Origin: Ophelia neglecta
Lineage: Eukaryota
DNA: 64,000 nucleotides
Assembly: GCA_965285935.1 (NCBI GenBank)
Contig: OZ260667.1
Coordinates: forward strand, 14,942,001-15,006,000
Direction: 5' to 3'
Shown: positions 37,501-47,061 of the stretch, piece after piece
Numbering within the stretch: position 1 is the stretch's first letter
Layout of the letters: each line of letters starts with the position of its first letter
Notes under the pieces: model-generated
The model's input: only the letters and a program-made list of their open reading frames with translations
Databases searched by the model: none
What the model was told of the DNA's origin: nothing
Made by a program: the position numbers and the translations under genes

Positions 37501-39210
37501 TAGAAGCATGCTATTACAAACATTTCTGTAAAAAAATGGCGGTGAGAGGACCATGACTGCCATAAATAGTGAATCCAGCAATTTTGAGTGTTCTCTGTAT
37601 AGCATTATCAGGTTAAGAGCACTGTTTTGCATACCAGGAGTCAGCATTATTTAACACAGTCTTTTCATAGTGAACATGATATTCAGAGCAGACGTTGTAT
37701 AAAAGTGATAATTAATAGAGATCATTTTCAGAGTGACGGTAAATGATTATTGGATCTCAGTTCCTCTCCGACACTTTTCGCATTATTTATTATAAATTGG
37801 TTATTTTCAGGGTGCAAGTGTAGTCTTATATAGAAATGAAGAAATTCGCAAGTACCAGATATTTGCCTATGCTCGCTGGCCAGGCGGCCTGTTTGGTTCA
37901 CCAAGCATGGCTGGAACAAGACCAGGTAGAAAAAGGATTTTTACTTTTCTTTGAAGGATACTTTCAATAGACAACGGCTGAATATCTGTTTGCAATTTGA
38001 ATTATGAAACAATATTGACCCTATTTTGTAGGGGGTAATATCGCTGCTGCATGGGTTGCTTTGAAGGCAATGGGTCAAAATGGATATAAAAATATGGCAA
38101 AGAAACTCATGGAGACCACAATCAGGCTGAAAGAAGGTGTAGCAAATATAAAGGCAAGTAAATTAACATTGATGCATGACCAGAAAAATAAAACTTTTAT
38201 TTTTGTTCAAATACTTATTTCATTAATATAATCATGTAATTTCATAAGAACAGCTAAAGATTATTATTTTATAAGGCACTTAAACTGTAATGCTTTCAAG
38301 TGTTGTTCAACCAATGATACACTAATGAAGCAACAGAAATTGGCTTTGCAAAAAGTGGATATATTTCCCCTTTAATTAATGCAAACTTCAAGACATTTCC
38401 AAAAACAAACAAAAAATAAATTGAAGAAAACAATAGTGATTTTGTTTATTGTTTTACAGGGTTTGTGCATTCTTGGCAAACCACATATGACAGCCTTTGC
38501 TATTGGCTCAAATTCAGCAGACGTGAACATCATGGCGCTGGCCGATGCTATGGAGCAGAAGGGTTATACAGTGGAACGCAACCAGTACCCTGACTCTCTG
38601 CACTTCACCATAATGCCACACCACATTCCAAATGTCGAAGAACTGCTGAAGGCCTTGGCAGATAGTGCAGGGGAGGTTAAGGTAAAACATGGCCATTTTT
38701 GCAAGTTCACTTTTGAAGAATAGTAACCACAATGGTGCAAATGTTAGGGGCATGTATTTTCTTTTTTTTTGGTAAAAGACTTCAATCATGAGGTTAGAAG
38801 CTATCTTTGGACTCTTTTAAAAACCAAATTTTGGGGAAAGGGGGGGTTGGTACAATTGGTCAAAATATCAAAACTTCCAGAATTTTCAGAAAAAAAAAAC
38901 ACCTCTGTCTAGGAAAACCCTTTCTGTCACAATATATACCCAGTATGGATGGAAATGCCAGTGACTTTACCCCCTCCCCCCCCCCCCCCCCCCACAGAAT
39001 AATAAATCAGTATCAATGTTTTTTTAACTGACAATATCATGCTTAACCAATTGTCACTCCCATTAACCGTATCACCTTATTATTCAGGGTAACCAAGCCC
39101 TTGGTAAGAAGGGCACGGCTGCCATGTATGGGATGGTGGCCAACATCCCCGACAAGGCTATCATCGATGACTTCATTGTCCAGTTCTTTAGTGAAGTCTA
39201 CAAGGCTTAA
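34582..39210 (+). CDS. SGPL1: Sphingosine-1-phosphate lyase-like PLP-dependent enzyme (group II decarboxylase fold) with N-terminal hydrophobic anchor, about 535 aa
   Basis: 11 exons: 34582-34822, 35015-35161, 35340-35442, 35696-35861, 36340-36456, 36579-36730, 37276-37375, 37811-37925, 38032-38153 (GC donor), 38460-38681, 39088-39210 (1608 nt). Motifs [35 protein letters not shown] (PLP lysine), [18 protein letters not shown] and AAMYGM. It may be a paralog rather than the strict ortholog. Confidence 0.9.
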
Positions 39211-39879
39211 TGGCAAGCCTCATAGCAATACCGGTATTACATATAGCTATAGTGATTGTAAAGATAAAAGTCTGGTACATTTGACTTTTGCAGTTCTTCC
39301 CAGACTTTTTAAAAGAATGATTTACCATCATTTTGTTGTTGAACTTAAGACTGATCTGGTGAAGTGTTAATCACACCAAAGAATTGAAACAGTATTATGC
39401 TGTGATTTTAATATTAAAACAGCAAATTGGATCATCTGCCTCTTTAATAATTGTTGTTATGAATAAACAAATTAACAATAAATATCATTGCATTTTCTTT
39501 ATTTCTGACTGTTACAAAGCACATAGATTCATAAGAAATTGTAACATTCAACAACAAATTATAAAGGGTAGCTGAAAACTTTGGTCATGATTTGCAGTAG
39601 AAACAAAGAAATTTTGGTACAAAACATATTGGCAGATTTAAAAATGTGGATCCATTGAAAAGCAAAAATCTTGGAAAGCACCCTTGGTAACTGTAAAGGG
39701 CTGGCACACAGAAATTATAAATTAAACTACACGATGCTGCAGCCATTGTCATATACATGTTATAGAGTTATATATATAAACGTGTATGTATATATGTATA
39801 CGACAGAGGCAAATGATTCAGATCCAAATTTTAATTATTTGCACTGGGTAATTTCTGACAAATAAAAATGCAGGTCACA

Positions 39880-40077
39880 CTGTAAAACCCTTGCATTTTG
39901 TCAGCCCCTTTATTCCGCTATATTTGTGAGTGTAGTGTCAAGCCACAAAATTTAAAAGCTGCCAGTAGATGAGGACTTGTTGAGGATCCATCTCAAATGC
40001 TAATTAAAAGGGCAGCTAGATAATTTCTTTGCCAAAACAGCAATAATTCAGGGCTGCAAAATTAAAGGGTTTAATAG
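39880..40077. mobile_element. MITE (family B, copy 2)
   Basis: CTGTAAAACCCTT...AAGGGTTTAATAG|TA termini. Confidence 0.6.
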
Positions 40078-41576
40078 TAAGTTATCAGTGTTCTTTCACC
40101 AACAATACTTCGCAAGAAAAAAGCTTTATTTCAGATTAGGCCATCAAAAATAGAAACACAGTAAACTTGTGATAACTGGAGCTACAGGGTTGTCCACAGT
40201 GTTCTCAGGTTTGATTTGTCAAAGAGCTAGTGCTACCAAATGTGGAATGATTACATACCAGTACTGTATATATTAAAACACTTAACCGAATATTTGAAAC
40301 AATAATAATCATTTATAACCATATGTCAAGGGATGTTCTATCATTTTAAGGGAATTATACAGGCAAGTATACTTAGCATATATGTATACAGAATATTATT
40401 ATTTAAGTGGATTGTATCTCACAATAGCTGAAATATGACAACACGTATCGTTGCACTTTAAACATAAAGAAATGAATAAAAATTAACCTCTATATCCTCA
40501 ATATCACCTTTGAATATTCTCAAAGCCTACAAAACAATGTTTAGTTTATGAAACCTTTCATGACACTTGTTCTAACACATACAACTTGAACAGATCAGTC
40601 TCAATCACTATACCTACACCTGACACTGCCATCAATCAAATAATTTTTTCAACAAACTTATTAAATATCATATACAGGCAAGGAGTTCAAACAGTTTAGG
40701 ACATTGGGACTCCATTCATACAAAAGCAACACACAGATACGAGGCAAAGCATGTGCGTATAAATTAAATGCTATAGTTTGATAATACACACACATACAAA
40801 CATGTCACCAGCAACATGACATCATTTACATAAAATATCACATGAGGTTTCCTGTCAAACACAACAAATCAAATCTGGGTTCAATAGATCTATAGGCAAG
40901 GAACAGACAACTAGAAAAAGGGATGGCTGAATGTAACTGGTAGCACACTATGAACAGAACACTCATGGCGCTATCTATTACCAGTACATGATCAACTACA
41001 AACTCACTTTGTCATCTGGAAAGTTGAGGGTAGCTAGAAAACCCAGAGCACTATTGAGAAGAGTATACTGACTTGTCCAGCAGGCTGAGAAGCCAGACAG
41101 AATCTTATCAGTAACAAAACAGCAAGTATGGTCAATAGGCTCAGCAACAGGTTATCAAGGATCATACTACTAAGGCATGGTTCTTAATTATTACTACTAC
41201 CAACTCACTGTCACGGCTTTGGAAACTTTCACAGAAAGGGAAACGGCTACTTAGGAATATATACACTTGTCACAGTTTCAATTAGACCTGTTCCGTCAAT
41301 ATTCTATAATAAGGAGATTATAACTAAACTTTTCTGAAAACAGCCAGCTGCAGAATTATATTAGAATTCAACTACCCTTCCTACATTCAATTTTGTTCTG
41401 AATAACATCATTACTTATTGGTTGTTTTTTAGTTTGTTTTTGCAATCCAAATGAAGTGACAAATTTCACTCTATTATCATTTAATAAGAATGCCCCAGGA
41501 ATAAGACCCATCATTAAAGGGCCAACATGGAAATAAGTTTCCATCACTGTGATGGAAGCTTTTGTTGTTACCCTTG

Positions 41577-41686
41577 TCTCTGTACAGTGTCGGTGACCGC
41601 TATTGTGTATTATTTAAGAAGACAGCTGCTTTGTTTAATGTTCTGTACCTGGACTAAATAAAAATCAATCAATCAATCAATCAATC
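41577..41686 (+). repeat. Probable 3' tail of a non-LTR retroelement: AATAAA followed by (TCAA)n
   Basis: taaataaaaatcaatcaatcaatcaatcaatc; a similar tail lies at about 60390-60421. Confidence 0.45.
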
Positions 41687-42718
41687 TAGTCACAATTGCC
41701 CCTAGACTTCACCAGATGTCCCTTGCAGGGCTGGCTGCCGCTACTCCTTCCGGTTTGTGCTCCCCAGACCTTCCCAATTCACTTCTTATGGACACCTAAA
41801 TCATTTTTTTTCAATTTTCCCTGCCAGACACCATTCCAAGAAAAAGGCTTATTTATTTCCTAACATTCCGTAAATTTCACCATCTTCCAACCCAGACTGC
41901 CTCCCATCCCCCCACACAAGAATTTTAACTGGAGCAGGTCTAACAGGTTCTTATAATTGGGGGTATCTATTCATACCCATATCGTAGAGTATGCTAACAC
42001 AAAAATCATAAGGTTGCCCTGGGTACACTGAGCTAGTCTACCCCAGAGGACCAAGGAGATGACAACTTGAGAGGTGTAATACAATGGGACTGCCTCAAGT
42101 CTTCAAACAGTATTTGGTAACCAGTAAGGACCGACACAAAGCACAGTGAAATTGTTGCAATATAGTCATAGGCACATATGTGCTTTGGTGATCTGGTGGT
42201 TACAATACAGCAGCGACTGTACAACTGTGGGACACAGCCATGCTCAACAATGGAAGGATATCAGAAAAGGCTTGTTTGGTCAGTAAATGCCAACATTATA
42301 CTTGATTAAAACACTCAATTTCAAGCTAGGTTTACAAAAGTGCTGCTGATAATATATATATTTATATTTAAACTTATACTCTTGTCAGAGAGGCTACTTT
42401 TTCTTTTGATTTTTCATAACAGAATATGGCTGCACAATATAGAAAACATTAAAGGTTAAATAATATATGCTTATGAAGATAGCTGTTGAAAACTTCAAAG
42501 ACAGAGGGATTTAATATTTTACAACAATTTAACATGTTTCCTGCCTCATACATCTGAGGAATATGAAATTGAACAATAATACTCTGTCCTGCCTATTGGG
42601 TAAGATAAAAACTTAATATACATTCTATTTCAAAAACATTTACAGTTTTTGAACATGGTATATACCGGTATATACACATGCATGTTATTGACTTTCTGCA
42701 GATATTTGGACATAAGAG

Positions 42719-44384
42719 TGTTGCAAATAGCTTTTCTTGCGTTTAACTTGTATTTTATACACATTTGTTCTCTATTATTGTATTTCCATGTTACTTTGAG
42801 TAAACCACGGTGGTAGATAATCCGTGGGTTTTGTGTCAGTATTCTTGGTAATACTTGCTTTATCGCTCGTGAGCATGGCTGTAGTTCTCCCATGCACTGT
42901 ATTTTCTCGTTTATCGAATGTTTGACAGTTATTCTAGTACACCAGGCCGTAACAGGAGGTGTTATATTTACCTTTGCATTTGTAATCGTACTTGTATATC
43001 GTTATTCACTTGTTATTCGCGATTTCGGACTGTATTTCGTCCGAAGCTGTCGACATAGTCGACCATGTTGGATTTGTGCTGTTTTCGTCGCTCCGCACGC
43101 GACTTGCCTAGTTACGTCGTTTAACAGTTATTTTCGTATTCATGTGCATGTAATGGTGTCTTATTTATAATATTACGCTTTCAAATAACTTGTTTTATTC
43201 TTAGTATTGCTTGCATGTGTGTGTAAGGGGAATTTACGCAGGTATTTTTATTTTGGTTTGCCCATTCTGGCTTGTGACGATAGGTGTCGCTCATCAATTT
43301 TTGCTCATTAGCCAGGAGCTCGTGACAGGTATGACGTCACCTGCCCAATTTAATCGTCTGCTCTGTGTCAGAGCCGGCATTGTCGTCTCGGACTCTCAAA
43401 GGTACACACGCATCTTAGGAACATTGCTCAGGAAAAACCTCACCTTATGAGGCCATTCCACAGTTAGCTTAGCTATTTCTGAATTTTTTTTCACTTAGTT
43501 TCAATATATAGGGAACCCAGTTAGATACAGTATTCTGTTCTTTTTCGTGCTAGATGCATTAAGCATCTTCCACAGCTTTTCGTAGCTTTACCTTGTAAAA
43601 CCTTACGTTACCTTGTTGGGTAGGTTAGGGCCGTATCCCAAGGAGGCGGTACGGTCCGATATAACTATTAACTTGTTTTACACCTGTGGACCTTCTGATT
43701 AACCTTCTCTGCCAATTTTCACCTCCCCTTTACTAAATTTTGCTGATCCTCACACAACCTTACAAAACCTCATGGAACCTTACAGGACCTCACGAAACCT
43801 TACAATACCTTAAGGACCCTCACGGAACATTCCAGGCTCTGTGATAAACCTCACTGGACCTCATTCTCTTTTATTTTCTGTGGCGGGGGCCTCTGTTTAC
43901 TTACTACCTGTCTTTTGTACCTACCTGCACCTGCGTAATCCCCATTTTTCTGCTTTCTATAAAACTTGAAGTATTTACATTGTTCAGGCTCACATATCTA
44001 GCCATACCTTGGATCTGCACAGGCCTGTGGCAGGGAGTCACACCGATGTGTTACTTTGTAACGTTGTAGATATCGTTATTTACATGCATGTCGTTTTATT
44101 GATACATTTCGCTCCAGTTGTGTCATATCGTAGTTATTAATGATGTTTGCCTATCAGGGCTGAATAAAAAGTGAATTTTACCCATTGTCTCATCACTGAC
44201 TTCAACATACCTCAGCGTTTAGTGAGGTTTAGGAATTAAACTTGCAATATCAGGCGTAGGAAACTTACCGTCATCGTAGTAGGAAACGGTGATATATTAA
44301 AACCTTAATAGATCTTACGAGGCAATACTTGGCCCAAAAATAATTTCATAGTGTCAACACCTGGCCGCATCGGTGATCGTAACA
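42719..44384 (+). repeat. 5' LTR (1666 bp)
   Basis: TGTTGC...GTAACA; no differences from the 3' LTR seen by eye; candidate TATAAAA at 43958 and AATAAA at 44163. Confidence 0.97.
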
Positions 44385-44388
44385 AAAT

Positions 44389-44402
44389 TGGTGTCAGAAG
44401 TG
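44389..44402 (+). promoter_or_regulatory. Primer-binding site, tRNA-Leu type
   Basis: TGGTGTCAGAAGTG, 4 nt after the LTR, is complementary to the 3' end ...CACTTCTGACACCA of eukaryotic tRNA-Leu(CAA). Confidence 0.85.
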
Positions 44403-44405
44403 TCA

Positions 44406-45371
44406 GACAAGCTCACCAGGGGCATAGGAGTCGAAAACAAGAGACCACTCTCCAATCACCTTACTGCTATGTTTGATGAAGCCACGCAGGGGAGAAGTGA
44501 CACGGAGTGCGGGAAGATAACCGAGCTGTTGCATGAATTTGAGGATACATTTTCCAAGGACGGAAATGATCTGGGAGTTATGAGGGGGGTGTTTCACGAA
44601 ATTGATACTGGTCAGGCCAAACCAATTAAGCAGGCTCCTCATCGCGTACCATTGGCATTTCAAGGCGAGGACAGGAAAGCAACAGAACAACTCCTAAGGC
44701 AGGGTACAATACGCCCGTCAACCTCTCCTTGGGCATCGCCTGTTGTTTTGGTGAGAAAGAAGGATGGGTCAGTTAGGCATTGTGTGGACTATCGGCGAGT
44801 CAACGCTGTGACAAGGCCCGATGCTTTCCCCCTGCCTAGAATCCGAGACTGTTTGGATTCAATTTCCGGTTCGGCGCTTTTCTCTACACTAGACATTACC
44901 TCCGCCTATCACCAAATCAAGGTACGGGAGTCAGATATACCAAAAACGGCGTTCGTGACAAGAGGTGGCTTGTTCGAATATGTTACTATGCCCATGGGCA
45001 TGATGAACGCGGGAGCTACATGGCAGCGCGCTATAGAGTTGGCCTTGTCGGAATTGCAGTGGACCACATGTCTGGTTTACTTGGACGATGTCGTGATCTT
45101 TAGCTCAACCTTTGAGGAACATGTTTTAAGGATAAAAGCAGTCCTGACTAAAATAAGGGAATCTGGGCTTAAGTTAAAGCCATCCAAATGTCACCTCTTT
45201 CAGGAGAGGGTTGAATTCCTTGGACACGTGATTAGCAGAGACGGACTTCTGCCAAACCCCCGAAACACAGAGAAGGTGCGTGACTGGCCCTTGCCAGCCA
45301 ATGTAACGGAAGTACGTGCCTTCCTTGGCCTCGCGAGCTACTATAGGAGGTTCATAAAGCATTTCTCCTAG
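44406..45371 (+). CDS. Duplicated stand-alone RT domain (copy of pol 47934-48895), no RNase H, ending in TAG TAA; first in-frame ATG at 44469 gives about 300 aa
   Basis: ORF 44373-45371; 962 bp match pol at offset 3528; contains SPWASP, CVDYR, LDITSAY, MPMG, YLDD, FLGH and FLGLASYYRRF. Confidence 0.75.
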   Translation, partial: DKLTRGIGVENKRPLSNHLTAMFDEATQGRSDTECGKITELLHEFEDTFSKDGNDLGVMRGVFHEIDTGQAKPIKQAPHRVPLAFQGEDRKATEQLLRQGTIRPSTSPWASPVVLVRKKDGSVRHCVDYRRVNAVTRPDAFPLPRIRDCLDSISGSALFSTLDITSAYHQIKVRESDIPKTAFVTRGGLFEYVTMPMGMMNAGATWQRAIELALSELQWTTCLVYLDDVVIFSSTFEEHVLRIKAVLTKIRESGLKLKPSKCHLFQERVEFLGHVISRDGLLPNPRNTEKVRDWPLPANVTEVRAFLGLASYYRRFIKHFS

Positions 45372-45399
45372 TAAGGACGAAATTGCTGGCTATGCTGAA

Positions 45400-47061
45400 A
45401 TGATGGCTTACCCTACAGCTCGAGAAACTGTACGCACGGGTGGCAGTTGCGACCGCGGTCGACGTCTACAAGCCTACAGTGCGCAAATCCCCAGCAACTT
45501 AATGGAGCATGGCCTTGCTAGCCATGTGGAGCTTAATGCTCGGGCTCCGTTTCAAGGGGGGGAATCTGTATTGCCTGTACGACCTATTAATCAGCGAGTA
45601 AGGTTTACTGGGGATTTACGGAGTCAGAGAGGAACCGGTAATGCTAAGAAAGGCACGGGTCTCCACGCGCATACGGGAGAAATTGCAGTGGACACCGGTG
45701 AGATAACCACAGAGAATTATACGAGGCCTCGCCGGTCGAGGTCTATTGGAGAATCACACGGGAGAGGGGTAAATTTAATCAATGAAACACGGAGGGATGT
45801 AAGCCTAAATGATAATTGGGGAAGGTTTCGCGGGGAGAGACAGCCTGTGCCGTCTCATATGGCAGGTCATGAGAGAAGTGATTATCCCCGCGATAGGCTA
45901 TCTAGAAGGCGTGAACGGATAAGGATTGCTCTCGAGTCGAGCGGGGACTCGTCGGACGAGGCGATGACGGATACAGAAATATGCTATGATAGGAGACCAC
46001 ATTCTAGGATGGGAAATAAACTCCCTGCCTTCACCGGGAAAGAGTCATGGAAGGTGTGGATAAATAGATTTGAAGACATCGCCTCACGCCGGGGATGGGA
46101 CAGCTGGGAGAGGCTGAACGAACTTTTGCCATGCATGCAAGGAGATGCTGGAGAATTTGTCTTTGGCCAATTGACAAGGGAGGCAAGAGCAAACTACAAG
46201 GTTTTAATAAGAGAGTTGAGTAGCAGATTTCAAAAGATAGAATCTAGCCGCGCTAATCAGGTACAGTTTTCTAACCGCAATCAGAGCCCAGGTGAAAGTG
46301 TTGAGGAGTATGCGAGGGATCTAAAGAATATTTACATCAAGGCATACAGTGGGCGTGATGAAATCACCAAGAGAGAGGATTTGTTGCGGCGATTCTTGGA
46401 TGGCATTACTGACAATCAGGCCAAATTTCATGTAGAATATGTAAAGGAACCCACAGATATTGACGAGGCTGTATGTCAAGTTATTCATTTTATAGAGACA
46501 AGGAAGTTTTCAGACGGGACAAGCAAGAAAAGCAGCAGCATAATGAGAAGAATGGGAAGCTCGGCCATGGTTAGAGGGGACGATGATTCCGACGTGGATG
46601 ATAGGTTTCAGCCGGTGAAGGTGGTGCCTGGCGGTAAAGTAAATGGCAAGACCCCAATTAACCACCGTACACGAGAATCAGTGGGCAATCAAACGGAACG
46701 TGATACTCCGGCTCAGGGTCTTGATCAGGGTTTTAAGGAACTGCAAATTCTCAAGCGAGAAGTACAGAGACTCAGGGAAGCCTTTGATAAGAGCGGGAAT
46801 GAGAGGGCAACTTACAACAGAAATTTCATGGAAGGAGCTGGGTCCAGGAGACAAAGTCAACCAGCCAGAGCAGGGTACATGGCAAATCAATCAAATGGAT
46901 CCTCCGGTCGTGGTAATTTCCCTACATGTCACCTTTGCGGGGGTCAAGGTCATGTGGCCCGTTACTGCAAACTATACCGTTCACAGTCAGGAGGGGGTCA
47001 GCCTGTCTCCCGGAATCAGGCGAGAGCGACACATGGAGCTCAGAGGAATCATTTAAACTAG
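45400..47061 (+). CDS. gag: Gag (capsid-like region plus CCHC zinc knuckle), 553 aa
   Basis: KLPAFTG..W..W..RFE capsid signature, RNQSPGESVEEY major-homology-like region, CHLCGGQGHVARYC. Confidence 0.93.
   Translation: MMAYPTARETVRTGGSCDRGRRLQAYSAQIPSNLMEHGLASHVELNARAPFQGGESVLPVRPINQRVRFTGDLRSQRGTGNAKKGTGLHAHTGEIAVDTGEITTENYTRPRRSRSIGESHGRGVNLINETRRDVSLNDNWGRFRGERQPVPSHMAGHERSDYPRDRLSRRRERIRIALESSGDSSDEAMTDTEICYDRRPHSRMGNKLPAFTGKESWKVWINRFEDIASRRGWDSWERLNELLPCMQGDAGEFVFGQLTREARANYKVLIRELSSRFQKIESSRANQVQFSNRNQSPGESVEEYARDLKNIYIKAYSGRDEITKREDLLRRFLDGITDNQAKFHVEYVKEPTDIDEAVCQVIHFIETRKFSDGTSKKSSSIMRRMGSSAMVRGDDDSDVDDRFQPVKVVPGGKVNGKTPINHRTRESVGNQTERDTPAQGLDQGFKELQILKREVQRLREAFDKSGNERATYNRNFMEGAGSRRQSQPARAGYMANQSNGSSGRGNFPTCHLCGGQGHVARYCKLYRSQSGGGQPVSRNQARATHGAQRNHLN

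Noticed and set aside
42630-43450. Short ORFs in the LTRs (42892-43170, 43211-43450 and their copies at 51866-52424)
   Set aside because: They recur only because the LTRs are identical and have no recognisable domains.
46926-47051. ATG at 46926 as the pol start
   Set aside because: It overlaps the gag zinc knuckle in another frame; the slippery site at 47052 explains pol expression better.
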